Positions 43,045-51,924 are shown, counted from the first letter of the stretch. The stretch: 64,000 nucleotides of DNA from a bacterium (GCA_021824155.1 JAKALN010000001.1:15-64014); one strand, 5' to 3'. Program-made: numbers and translations. Notes: generated from the letters alone by a model not told the origin.

Positions 43045-43620
43045 ATGGATATTCTTACAGTTTTAATTCTGCTTGCCCTTTTTATTTACATTATTAATGT
43101 AATTCCGTTTCTTATGCCTCCGACCTGGACTATTCTTGCCTTTTTTTACATAAATTACCATCCGCCTTTTATCCCGGTAATTGTCTTAGGAGCGGGGGCA
43201 GCAACTCTGGGAAGAATTACGCTTTATTATCTTTCCAAAAGATATTTCAGAAGGTTCTTCTCCCAAAAATCCCTTAAGAATTATGACGTTTTGGGAAAAT
43301 TTGTTACAAAAAATGAAAAGTTTTCCATTCCGATTTTTATTACCTATGCTTTTTTCCCTATTTCTTCAAACTATGTTTATATTGCGGCGGGACTTGCAAA
43401 AATAAACATAAAAATTCTTGCGTCTTCGTTTTTTGTGGGAAGGCTTATAAGTTATTCTTTTTGGGTTGCCGCTTCACATTATGCTGTTAGCAGAGTTGAA
43501 GATATTTTTACAAGCCATATAAATAATATCGGAGTAATAGCGGTAGAGCTGATAGGATTTATTATTGTTATTTTAATAGGAAAAATAAACTGGGGGAAAA
43601 TTTTAAAAATCCCGGCCTGA
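43045..43620 (+). CDS. DedA/VTT-family membrane protein
   Basis: PFLMPPTWTILAFFY ... LGAGAATLGRITLYYLSK. Confidence 0.65.
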   Translation: MDILTVLILLALFIYIINVIPFLMPPTWTILAFFYINYHPPFIPVIVLGAGAATLGRITLYYLSKRYFRRFFSQKSLKNYDVLGKFVTKNEKFSIPIFITYAFFPISSNYVYIAAGLAKINIKILASSFFVGRLISYSFWVAASHYAVSRVEDIFTSHINNIGVIAVELIGFIIVILIGKINWGKILKIPA

Positions 43621-43643
43621 AAAACAGGATTAAAAAGGTAAAG

Positions 43644-43970
43644 TTAAAGTTTTCCTGTTAATAAAGCCCTAAGGGGAGAAAGAACAACTGGAGTTTTTCG
43701 GGCTTCCCTTTGTTCTAAAACGGTGTCCGGTTTTAAGGATACTGCCGGCTCGCTGTCAAAACTGCTTATTTGGGCTTCCAAAGAAGCTATCATTCTTCTG
43801 TCTTCAATTGTAAGTCCTCCAAAAGCCGCCTGCTGTTTTAAATCTTCCAATCTTGCCATAGCGGCGTCACGTGATGCTGTTGGAGCTAGCGGTGTATGGG
43901 TTATATTTGCGTCGGGGGCGGGCACAGATTTTCCCTGCGCTTCAAGCGTACGTCTTAAAAATTCTCCCAT
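43644..43970 (-). CDS. Hypothetical protein (108 aa), GC-elevated
   Basis: ORF; no family recognised. Confidence 0.4.
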   Translation of the reverse strand: MGEFLRRTLEAQGKSVPAPDANITHTPLAPTASRDAAMARLEDLKQQAAFGGLTIEDRRMIASLEAQISSFDSEPAVSLKPDTVLEQREARKTPVVLSPLRALLTGKL

Positions 43971-44002
43971 GTCTTAGAATTTAATACTATATCAATCTTT
44001 TG

Positions 44003-44368
44003 TCAAGAAGCTTTTGCTCTACTATTTAAAAAATCCGTACTCACCTTAATTACCGCCTGCGCTCTTTGTGCAGTCACTTTATCGCGGTCCGATTTTTTCT
44101 CTTTTGCCAAAACATAATCCGAAACTTCCGTTGCCAAATCTTTTATAAGCCCAATCCTTTCAAGACCGGGCAAGCCGGAAACGGAAGCAAAAGAAACAGC
44201 ACCGGCCAAAACTCCTCTTTTTGCATACCATTTTGCCTCCGAAATAACGTCAAAACCGTCTTTTGCAAAAGTTTTTGCAATAAACATCCATTCCGTGCCT
44301 TCGGCTATTGCAACCAAATTTCCCATAACGGTTTCGGGAGTTTCATGCCTTGTGCCTTTCTCTGTCAT
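44003..44368 (-). CDS. Hypothetical protein (121 aa), GC-elevated
   Basis: ORF 32 nt upstream of the previous gene; no family recognised. Confidence 0.4.
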   Translation of the reverse strand: MTEKGTRHETPETVMGNLVAIAEGTEWMFIAKTFAKDGFDVISEAKWYAKRGVLAGAVSFASVSGLPGLERIGLIKDLATEVSDYVLAKEKKSDRDKVTAQRAQAVIKVSTDFLNSRAKAS

Positions 44369-44473
44369 AACAAGGAGGAATTATAGCACTAATTAAATTA
44401 AAGATTAAAGATTTATGGTTTATGAAGAAAAAACCAAGAAGTCAAAGCGAGGCTTTTTATAGTTCTATAATTA

Positions 44474-44482
44474 TGGTATAAT
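44474..44482 (+). promoter_or_regulatory. Extended -10 element TGgTATAAT 6 nt upstream of the small ORF ATG (possible leaderless transcript)
   Basis: Exact match to the nonamer found upstream of ispH, the Fic operon and alaS. Confidence 0.35.
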
Positions 44483-44488
44483 TTTGCC

Positions 44489-44614
44489 ATGAATAAGAAA
44501 AGCATAAAGTTCCTAAAAGAAAATAAATCTAGTAAAAAAAGAGAGATTAAACAATATACTAAAGAAGCTGTTTCTTTGTACGAAAAAACTCTTCGTAAAT
44601 TGGCCTATACCTAA
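44489..44614 (+). CDS. Small ORF (41 aa) abutting the Doc toxin start, candidate antitoxin
   Basis: Hand translation gives MNKKSIKFLKENKSSKKREIKQYTKEAVSLYEKTLRKLAYT. Its stop TAA is immediately followed by the Doc ATG. Confidence 0.3.
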   Translation: MNKKSIKFLKENKSSKKREIKQYTKEAVSLYEKTLRKLAYT

Positions 44615-45043
44615 ATGGCAAGGGATATTTATTATTTAAACCTCGAAGACATAAAAGAGCTTTGTTTTAATCTTGTAACTGAATTATTACAATTCCAGGA
44701 ACCAATTCCCGAATTTGAAACAAGATTCCCTGCCAAACTTGAATCTGTTCTGGAAACTCCAAGACAAACTTTTGGAGAGGATGAACTCTATCCAACTTTA
44801 TTTGATAAAGCTGCTTGTTATTTTTATTTTATTATCAAAAATCATCCTTTCCTAAATGGTAATAAAAGAATGGCAATTGTAACGACTTATGTTTTCTTAA
44901 AGGTGAACGGCTACATATTTTCAGCCCCATGGAAAATTATGTATTCTTTTGCAATTGAAATGGCAAATTCTTCAGAAGACCATAAAAAAGAATTTAAAAA
45001 AGTATTAACATTCATAAAGAAATACTCTAAAAAGAGTAAATAA
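44615..45043 (+). CDS. doc: Doc (death-on-curing) family toxin, Fic/Doc fold
   Basis: Signature HPFLNGNKR (Doc-type HxFx(D/N)GNKR). Confidence 0.7.
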   Translation: MARDIYYLNLEDIKELCFNLVTELLQFQEPIPEFETRFPAKLESVLETPRQTFGEDELYPTLFDKAACYFYFIIKNHPFLNGNKRMAIVTTYVFLKVNGYIFSAPWKIMYSFAIEMANSSEDHKKEFKKVLTFIKKYSKKSK

Positions 45044-45057
45044 AACCCTGTAGTAAG

Positions 45058-45077
45058 CAGATATACTAGTATATCTG
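45058..45077. repeat. Perfect 20-bp palindrome CAGATATACTAGTATATCTG
   Basis: Read directly; lies 15 nt after the doc stop. Confidence 0.6.
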
Positions 45078-45131
45078 CAATGTATCATGCACTAACCTAT
45101 GATACAGTAACCAGTAAACCAAGAAGTCGAA

Positions 45132-45554
45132 TTAGCTTCCGGAAAAAACTCTTCTTGGGGAAGGGCCCGGAAGATGAAAAATAATTTCATGGACTCTGAT
45201 ACTTTTGCCATCTTCCGAAGGTCCGGAAACTAAAACCGTGGCAGCATCTTGCGGTATTAATTGCGTTTTTCCTCCCGGAACAAATTCTCTTTTTCCCGAT
45301 GAATTATTAAAATATCCAACATTACTATCTTTGGGAAGAGCCCTATAAATGGCAGTTCCGTCTTCTTTAACAAGCAAATTATGCCTGTGAGTATTTCTTG
45401 TCCAGGAGGCAGGAGTTAAATCGTATTCTCCTTCGGGAAGAGGTACGACCCTTTCCATATTCCTTATTATAGTTTCTATTGCCCACTTCTGCGGGTCCCG
45501 CTTTGTAAATTCAAAAGGAATACCGCCTTCAAAATGTAACCGTTCGATAGTCAT
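45132..45554 (-). CDS. Hypothetical protein (140 aa)
   Basis: ORF; no family recognised. Confidence 0.4.
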   Translation of the reverse strand: MTIERLHFEGGIPFEFTKRDPQKWAIETIIRNMERVVPLPEGEYDLTPASWTRNTHRHNLLVKEDGTAIYRALPKDSNVGYFNNSSGKREFVPGGKTQLIPQDAATVLVSGPSEDGKSIRVHEIIFHLPGPSPRRVFSGS

Positions 45555-45561
45555 TTCAGTC

Positions 45562-45593
45562 CGATAGTATAGAAGTTAGAGTTTAAGAAGTCA
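45562..45593. repeat. Fragment D of the pentamer-repeat element, inverted orientation
   Basis: GTATAGAAGTTAGAGTTTAAGAAGTC resembles the reverse complement of the right arm of copies A and C. Confidence 0.35.
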
Positions 45594-45619
45594 AATTAAA
45601 ATTTGCAATTATATTTTAA

Positions 45620-45654
45620 ATATTACAATAATAAAAGCAGGGGTAAACCCCTGC
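45620..45654 (-). terminator. Rho-independent terminator (GCAGGGG-TAAA-CCCCTGC followed by a T-run on the minus strand)
   Basis: 7-bp GC stem plus TTTTATTATT, directly after the stop of the 59-aa ORF. Confidence 0.55.
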
Positions 45655-45662
45655 CAGACGAC

Positions 45663-45842
45663 TTATTTTTTACGCTCATGAGGCGTTCGCTCAACGAGAG
45701 TAAATTGTTGTCGTACTCCTACCGGATTCGGTGGGACTTTTTTACCTTCAACGAAGGTAAATTCGTCACTCCCTCCAGAGGGTCTATAAATACCTGAAAC
45801 AGGTACTTCTTCACCCGTATGGACTACTACTTTTTTAGTCAT
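45663..45842 (-). CDS. Small protein (59 aa), not in the ORF track
   Basis: Hand translation gives MTKKVVVHTGEEVPVSGIYRPSGGSDEFTFVEGKKVPPNPVGVRQQFTLVERTPHERKK. GAAAGGAGG RBS 6 nt upstream; terminator downstream. Confidence 0.45.
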   Translation of the reverse strand: MTKKVVVHTGEEVPVSGIYRPSGGSDEFTFVEGKKVPPNPVGVRQQFTLVERTPHERKK

Positions 45843-45985
45843 ATCAACCTCCTTTCTCGCTTTAAAGCGTGAGTTTAGAGAATTAAATCTCTTTTGAGCG
45901 CTAGCAATTGAAAAGAGGTTAGCAAGAGGTTTATCCCCTGTAGTAATATTTTACCGTAAGGATTCGGGGGTTTGCAAGGGATATT

Positions 45986-48514
45986 TTAAGAATTTTCTAC
46001 AATTTTTATTTCTTCTGGAGTTAAATCGTAAAGCTTGTAAACTTCTCCATCAATTTTTTTATCAGTTTTATCTATTTCTTCTTTTATTGAATTCCATTTA
46101 TTTGATCCTTCGGGAAAACTGAATAGTTCCTTATTCAACTTCAACATTTTACTGACAGGGTCCTCAAAAATCTTAATTTTTTGTTTTTCGTTAGGATAAA
46201 TTATTGGAATTTCCCTTAACTGTTCTATTCTAATTTTTGGGAAAATTTTAGTGTCTGGGGAAATGTAGGTTTTAAAATAAAATCTATAAAGCTTAGAGTT
46301 TAAAATTGCTAATACAAATAATAAAGAAGAATTATTTGTTGTTTTAAGATTATACAAACTTCTTGTGGTTATAACTCCTTCCTCCTCATAAGAAGCAATT
46401 ATTGAATCTCCTGTTTCTCTTACAATTATTTTTGGAGGAGAAAAAATATTATTTGTTTTTTGATATTTATCAAAGGTTTCGCTGTTGATATAACCAGAGG
46501 ATTTTATAACATATCTACCTATATCTCTTCCTGAAAAGCACTTAATTTTTCCTTCACTTTTTATTTTATCTTGTCCGATCTCAAGACCCCTTCGAATAAT
46601 ACTTAAAGCCCCCAATTTTACCATTTGATGCCTACGAAAAATATCTATTTTACTTTCAAAAAAATCTTTATTAGATTCATTTTGTTGTTTAGTTAAATTT
46701 AAAATACAAGTTGGCATATTTACGTTAGCAAAAACTCTATCGCCCATTTCTTTTAAAGTCACTTCTTTTGAATTTTCATTAATATATTTTCTTAGAGGTT
46801 GATACTCTAAACCTTTTAAGAATAAACTAGGAATAATGAACCCTAAATTCCCAAATGTTTTTAAATTATTAATAGACATTTCGATAAAAATCGAAAACAG
46901 ATCAAAATAACCTGAAGCTAAAATATATTTGTTTTTGAAAAAATTTACGTCCTCTTTCTTTAAAGAATACATATTTACGTAAGGCGGATTTCCTATTACC
47001 ACATCGAAGCCTCCTTGTTGAAAAATTTTTGGAAATTGTTCTTTAAAGTTAAAAGGTTTTTTCTTTCTGAAGTCTTTACCGAAATATTTTTCTAATTCTT
47101 TATCTGTTCCTGAAATTAAAGAATTCCCGTTTTTTATATTACTATTCAATGAAGGCAATTCTCCTTTTTCTCTCAATGTGTTTATCAATAGATTTAGTTT
47201 TGCAATTTCAACAGCTTGTTCATCTAAATCAACTCCAAAAATATTATCTAAGAGAATTTGTTTTCTTAAATTTTCATCGTCCTCATAATTAAATTCTATG
47301 TATTTTTCAACAATTACCTCCAAGGCTTTTACTAAAAAAGAACCTGAGCCGCATGCTGGATCTAATACTTTAATTTTTTTTAAATCATTAACGCTAACGC
47401 ATTTATCTAAAACTGGTTTTAGGGCATTTCTTACAATGTAATCAACTATAAAAGCAGGCGTATAATAAATACCTTGTTCTTTCCTTTTTCCCGCAGCTTT
47501 ATCTAAGCTTAAACCTTTTTGCGATTGAGATAATTTATATCCTAAATAATTCTCATATACACTACCTAGAATATCAGCCGGAATGACTTTAAAGTCATAT
47601 TCATTATAGCCCTCAGTTCCATATAAAATTTTTATGACCTTCTTTGTAGAATCTCCATAGTCTACCCAATTTTCAAAAGGATGTGGGGAAAAAAGATTAG
47701 AGTTATATACTTTATCAAGCTCTCTAAATTTTGAAATCATAAAAGCATAAAGGGGCTTTTTTCTATCACTATTTTCCCAAGATCTTAAAAGTGGAATTAG
47801 CGTTGAAGGTTCAATACCTCTATCCTCCGCAACTCTAATAAAAATTAATCTATCTAAAAGTCTTTGAACTCCTTCATCTAATAATTCCTTATCTATTCCC
47901 TCATTCATGACATTTAAATCATTTGTTAATATTTCTCTGCATTTATTAAAATCTTTGTACAATGAATCCGTAATCGGAGATTTTATAATTTTTTTGCCAA
48001 CTCTTTCTGCTTCTTTATCTAGAAGGTTATTTAAAAAAGAATCCTTCGACAAAAGCCAGAGTTGTTCGAATCTCTCTAAATATTCATCATAATTAATACT
48101 AAAAAATAATTTATCTCCTAAGTACTTTGACGCTGCTTTTGCATTAAAAACCTTCAGTCCCTCAAAATCAGTTAAAATTGCCCATGTAACATCTCTATTC
48201 CAAGAGTATCTAATTGCTTGCCTTGCATATTCTTCCTGATTTAAATCGGCTTTTAATGGCTTTGCTTCAATATAAAGCTTAGCTCTCCCATTTATATAAA
48301 GCCCAAAATCAACTCGACCTGATGATAAAATACTTTCTTCAGCTGAAACCTCCTCCTTATTTGAGAAATCCCAACCCAATACTTCAAATAGTGGTTTTAT
48401 AAAAGCATTTTTTGTTTCTTCTTCTGTGTAGCTCTTGATTTTCCCAGAGGTTTTCACTTGCTCGTATTTAGCAATTAATTTCTTAACTTCTTCTTTAGCT
48501 TGTTCCTTATTCAT
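45986..48514 (-). CDS. Type IIG restriction-modification enzyme (MmeI-like: N-terminal PD-ExK nuclease, gamma-class N6-adenine MTase, C-terminal TRD)
   Basis: D-x13-EAK near the N-terminus. MTase motif I VLDPACGSGSFL and motif IV VIGNPPYV. 842 aa. Confidence 0.75.
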   Translation of the reverse strand: MNKEQAKEEVKKLIAKYEQVKTSGKIKSYTEEETKNAFIKPLFEVLGWDFSNKEEVSAEESILSSGRVDFGLYINGRAKLYIEAKPLKADLNQEEYARQAIRYSWNRDVTWAILTDFEGLKVFNAKAASKYLGDKLFFSINYDEYLERFEQLWLLSKDSFLNNLLDKEAERVGKKIIKSPITDSLYKDFNKCREILTNDLNVMNEGIDKELLDEGVQRLLDRLIFIRVAEDRGIEPSTLIPLLRSWENSDRKKPLYAFMISKFRELDKVYNSNLFSPHPFENWVDYGDSTKKVIKILYGTEGYNEYDFKVIPADILGSVYENYLGYKLSQSQKGLSLDKAAGKRKEQGIYYTPAFIVDYIVRNALKPVLDKCVSVNDLKKIKVLDPACGSGSFLVKALEVIVEKYIEFNYEDDENLRKQILLDNIFGVDLDEQAVEIAKLNLLINTLREKGELPSLNSNIKNGNSLISGTDKELEKYFGKDFRKKKPFNFKEQFPKIFQQGGFDVVIGNPPYVNMYSLKKEDVNFFKNKYILASGYFDLFSIFIEMSINNLKTFGNLGFIIPSLFLKGLEYQPLRKYINENSKEVTLKEMGDRVFANVNMPTCILNLTKQQNESNKDFFESKIDIFRRHQMVKLGALSIIRRGLEIGQDKIKSEGKIKCFSGRDIGRYVIKSSGYINSETFDKYQKTNNIFSPPKIIVRETGDSIIASYEEEGVITTRSLYNLKTTNNSSLLFVLAILNSKLYRFYFKTYISPDTKIFPKIRIEQLREIPIIYPNEKQKIKIFEDPVSKMLKLNKELFSFPEGSNKWNSIKEEIDKTDKKIDGEVYKLYDLTPEEIKIVENS

Positions 48515-48620
48515 TTAAAGCCTATAGGTGGATAATAGCACTTTATGGTTCGACTTTCTAGCTCAACATCGTCCTTTTTACCTACATCCTATTTTTTTCT
48601 ATGCCACTTTCCATTAATCT

Positions 48621-48896
48621 TTATACCTTTACTCCTTTTTCCAATTCTTTTATTTTTCGTTCCATTTTTTTCATCCGTTTTTCCGCAATTTGCATTTCTT
48701 TATAAAGAAAAATAATAAAAGCACCAGACAAAGTTAAGAAAAATATTTGAAAAGAAAAATTACCTCTAACAAAAAGGTCGTAAATTATATTTCCGGTAAT
48801 ACCGAATAATAAACCAAAAAACAAGGCAAGAATAAATAAGCCCGTGTTTCTTTCCTTTTCTCTTATTTCTTTAAGTTCAGATTTTAAGGCTTTCAT
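48621..48896 (-). CDS. Small membrane protein (1-2 TM plus C-terminal coiled coil), last gene of the Ubl-E2-JAB-E1 operon
   Basis: Hydrophobic core then Lys/Glu-rich helix. 1-nt gap from the E1 gene. Confidence 0.4.
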   Translation of the reverse strand: MKALKSELKEIREKERNTGLFILALFFGLLFGITGNIIYDLFVRGNFSFQIFFLTLSGAFIIFLYKEMQIAEKRMKKMERKIKELEKGVKV

Positions 48897-48897
48897 A

Positions 48898-49758
48898 TTA
48901 TCTTAGGATTTTATCAATTCCATTTTTGGGGTAACGTTCAATATCTGCTTTATCTCCATTTCCTAATACAGTTTTGCAATAGTAACAATCCTGAATTGGA
49001 TCTATATTTTTGGTTAAAATACTTAAATCTCCTCTATAGGTGAGGTATTTATTTACTTTTCTAATACTAGTAACTGCTGATATGAATTCTGAAACAGCTA
49101 TTGAAGCTATAGTACCATTTAATGAAACTACAGCTGGACCCGTATTTTTTATTACTTCTTTTGGAATTCCATATATGTTATCCTCTGCTGAGCGGTCCGC
49201 AGGGGTTGATAAATCTCTTCTAATTTCCTCTGAAGATAACAAGCCTCTACAGAATAAGCAACCAGGCTCAGAGTTTGAAAAAACTACTCTTCCGCCCCAA
49301 TCATCCTTTGAGATTTGAGAGGCTAGATCAAAATAATTTATTTTATAAGCTTTTGAAAATTCAGTTAAAACTAATCTAGCTCCGTCCTTATCTACGCATC
49401 CAAAAATGTAATTTACACGTTTTAATGCTTTTATACTAATTTCCGAAATAAAGCTGTCTCCAACACTATAGACAGACATATCTTCTGATATAAATTTTAG
49501 GTTTCTTTCTGCAATATTAACCTTTAAGTTATTTATGTCTTTTTCATTAGCACCTATCAACCTATTTAGATTTGTTTTGCTTACTATATCAGCATCAATT
49601 AAAACAAAATCCTTAACCCCCAAATACGCTAATTGTTGAGCAACATGAGATCCAATTCCGCCTAAGCCAACAATAGCTACTCTTGTTTTTTCAATTTCCA
49701 TCTGACCTTTTATGCCAACCCATAATATATTTCTGTTATATTTATTGTTCTCATCCAT
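48898..49758 (-). CDS. E1-like ubiquitin-activating enzyme (ThiF/MoeB fold)
   Basis: VAIVGLGGIGSHVAQQL Rossmann/ATP motif; paired CxxC (CLFCRG ... CYYCK). Confidence 0.75.
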   Translation of the reverse strand: MDENNKYNRNILWVGIKGQMEIEKTRVAIVGLGGIGSHVAQQLAYLGVKDFVLIDADIVSKTNLNRLIGANEKDINNLKVNIAERNLKFISEDMSVYSVGDSFISEISIKALKRVNYIFGCVDKDGARLVLTEFSKAYKINYFDLASQISKDDWGGRVVFSNSEPGCLFCRGLLSSEEIRRDLSTPADRSAEDNIYGIPKEVIKNTGPAVVSLNGTIASIAVSEFISAVTSIRKVNKYLTYRGDLSILTKNIDPIQDCYYCKTVLGNGDKADIERYPKNGIDKILR

Positions 49759-50257
49759 ATTTTTTTTGAAAGGAAATATTTGTAGGTTTTAAAAATTTTT
49801 TGTTTACGATGATTGAATTTAACCTAACCGAAGTATTGCCATCTTTCAACCACACTTTGGCGTCAAAATCGCTTCGTCCAAAAACAAGTGCAATATAAGG
49901 TTTTTTTTCTAATCTCCAGAAAATATAAGGTACAAATTCTGCCAGCTCAGACAAATCAAATTCAGAGAACGTAGTATTGGAAAAAGAAAACGGATGTGAA
50001 TGAATTTCACAAAGGGAAAAATTTTTCAAAAAAGCTTTTTTTATTATTTTGGAAATTATTTCATCCTTTGTTTCTAAATAATACCTATCCTCATTGTCAT
50101 CAATATATATAAAATCTCCGACCTCAAAAATTAAAGACGTAGTGTTTTCTGAGTAAGTCAAGAACAAAAAAATATTTTGTTCAAATCTACTCTCATCCAA
50201 AAATTTTTTGATTTTTAAGAAGTCTTTTTTTTTAAATTTGAGAAATATACTTTTCAT
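49751..50257 (-). CDS. JAB/MPN (JAMM-like) metallopeptidase
   Basis: EIHSHPFSFSNTTFSEFD gives HxH...SxxD. Confidence 0.6.
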   Translation of the reverse strand: MKSIFLKFKKKDFLKIKKFLDESRFEQNIFLFLTYSENTTSLIFEVGDFIYIDDNEDRYYLETKDEIISKIIKKAFLKNFSLCEIHSHPFSFSNTTFSEFDLSELAEFVPYIFWRLEKKPYIALVFGRSDFDAKVWLKDGNTSVRLNSIIVNKKFLKPTNISFQKKYG

Positions 50258-50646
50258 GATTCCTCCTTAAATCTTTCTTTAAAACTTCTAACGAAGTTTA
50301 GTAGATTGCTTCCTGAATTTATATCTGAAGTTGGTTTCCAAGAGTTATCTTGAACCCAGGAAAATTTCCCCCATTCGTTTCCAAAAGGTGTAGATACCGG
50401 CTCGGTATAACTTCCTGGGATGGACTGTTCATTTGCTTTTATTCTTATTCCCCTTGGAACATAAAAAGCATAAGGAGGCTCTCCGGGATATCCAATCGGA
50501 ATTTGGAAACATATATTCACAATATCCCTATTCCAAGCATTACTAGAAATTTTAAAATTGTTAATAAAAATCCAGCCATCTTTATACTCGAGATCGCCAA
50601 ATTCTTTTTTTAGAATTTCTAATTCTTTTTTAATTCTTTCATTCAT
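50254..50646 (-). CDS. Putative E2-like (UBC-fold) protein
   Basis: Assigned from operon context (between the Ubl and JAB genes) and YPGEPPYAFYVP; no clear HPN motif. Confidence 0.4.
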   Translation of the reverse strand: MNERIKKELEILKKEFGDLEYKDGWIFINNFKISSNAWNRDIVNICFQIPIGYPGEPPYAFYVPRGIRIKANEQSIPGSYTEPVSTPFGNEWGKFSWVQDNSWKPTSDINSGSNLLNFVRSFKERFKEES

Positions 50647-50882
50647 CCTCTTTTATATTGAACTTTTTTTCCATACCTATGACCGGGTTTAAGAGTAACA
50701 ATGTCATCTTCCGCAAGAGTTTTCTCATTTCCCTGAGGATCTATTTCAATTACTGGTTGTTCGGAGGGTAATCCTCCCAAACTTCTTATTTCTGGGACAG
50801 TAATAGTTTCCTTATCCCAAGGATACTCAGTTCCCTCAATTTCAATAAAATATTTTGGCCCGTTTCCCATTTTTCTTTTCAC
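50643..50882 (-). CDS. Putative ubiquitin-like (beta-grasp) protein, 79 aa, ends in Gly
   Basis: First gene of the operon; AGGAGGTG RBS 8 nt upstream; C-terminal ...YKRG. Confidence 0.35.
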   Translation of the reverse strand: MKRKMGNGPKYFIEIEGTEYPWDKETITVPEIRSLGGLPSEQPVIEIDPQGNEKTLAEDDIVTLKPGHRYGKKVQYKRG

Positions 50883-50979
50883 CTCCTTTTTACTACTTGA
50901 ATTTTTGTAAAAAGTGTTGTATTATTTTTACAACAATAGAATTAAAAAGTCAAGCAATAAGATCTGATATAATCATGCT

Positions 50980-51333
50980 ATGAAAACTTTTGGCAAACTA
51001 CTCAGAGAAAAAAGAATTGCACTTGGCTTCACTCTCCGTACATTTTGTGGAAGATTTGGGTACGACCCAGCTTATATTAGTAGGCTGGAAAGAAATTTAA
51101 TGCCTGCTCCTGAAAGCAAGGAAAAAATTGAGGCATTGGCTAATGCTCTATCCATAGAAAAAAATAGCCCAGATTGGGTTGAATTTTTTGACCTAGCTTA
51201 CTTGTCGAAAGGAAAAATCCCTGAAGATATTGGCAAAAATGATCATCTCCCACTCTTATTTCGAACTATCAGAGGAAAGAGGCTTTCTAAACAACAACTT
51301 GAAAAGCTAGTAAAGCTTCTAAATGAATCATGA
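50980..51333 (+). CDS. XRE-family HTH transcriptional regulator
   Basis: HTH (LRTFCGRFGYDPAYISRLERN); divergent from the Ubl operon. Confidence 0.7.
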   Translation: MKTFGKLLREKRIALGFTLRTFCGRFGYDPAYISRLERNLMPAPESKEKIEALANALSIEKNSPDWVEFFDLAYLSKGKIPEDIGKNDHLPLLFRTIRGKRLSKQQLEKLVKLLNES

Positions 51334-51923
51334 GCTTTACTACAAAACCTATCTCTTATAGAAAGATAGGAGAATTAGCAGAGGATTTTCTATCAAAATA
51401 TCATCCTTCTTTTTCTCTCTCTGTACCCATCGAAGAAATTGCAGAATCTAAACTTGATATTCAAATTGTTCCCGTTGTTGGAATAAAAAAGGATTATGAC
51501 ATGGATGCATCTCTCTGCTCTAATTTCAATACAATTTTCATTGACTATAACTTTTATATGAATCGTGAAAATAGAAGTAGATTTACAATTGCTCATGAGA
51601 TTGGCCATCTTATCTTACATAAAGATTTGTTCGAGTCTCTTAAAATCTTTAATATAGAGGATTTATTTAAAATTTCAGAGTCAATAAGTGATAACGAGTA
51701 TAGATGGATGGAATATCAAGCTTATTCTTTTGCAGGCCATGTATTAGTTCCAAAAAAACTACTAATTGACGAAATAAAGAAAAAGTTGGGTAGAGTACCA
51801 AGCGAAGAAAATCCTGAGTCTCTTTATCCTGTAATTCAAGATCTTTCTGACATCTTTAAGGTCTCTGAGGATGTCATACTTAGACGACTTCAAAAAGAAA
51901 AAATGGTAAAGAGCAATCATTAA
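51330..51923 (+). CDS. ImmA/IrrE family metallopeptidase
   Basis: HEIGHLILH (HExxH), with a 4-nt overlap with the HTH gene. Confidence 0.75.
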   Translation: MSFTTKPISYRKIGELAEDFLSKYHPSFSLSVPIEEIAESKLDIQIVPVVGIKKDYDMDASLCSNFNTIFIDYNFYMNRENRSRFTIAHEIGHLILHKDLFESLKIFNIEDLFKISESISDNEYRWMEYQAYSFAGHVLVPKKLLIDEIKKKLGRVPSEENPESLYPVIQDLSDIFKVSEDVILRRLQKEKMVKSNH

Positions 51924-51924
51924 C

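Noticed and set aside
45603-45797. Plus-strand ORF 45603..45797
   Set aside because: It overlaps the better-supported minus-strand 59-aa ORF (which has an RBS and a terminator). The plus-strand frame has no start context
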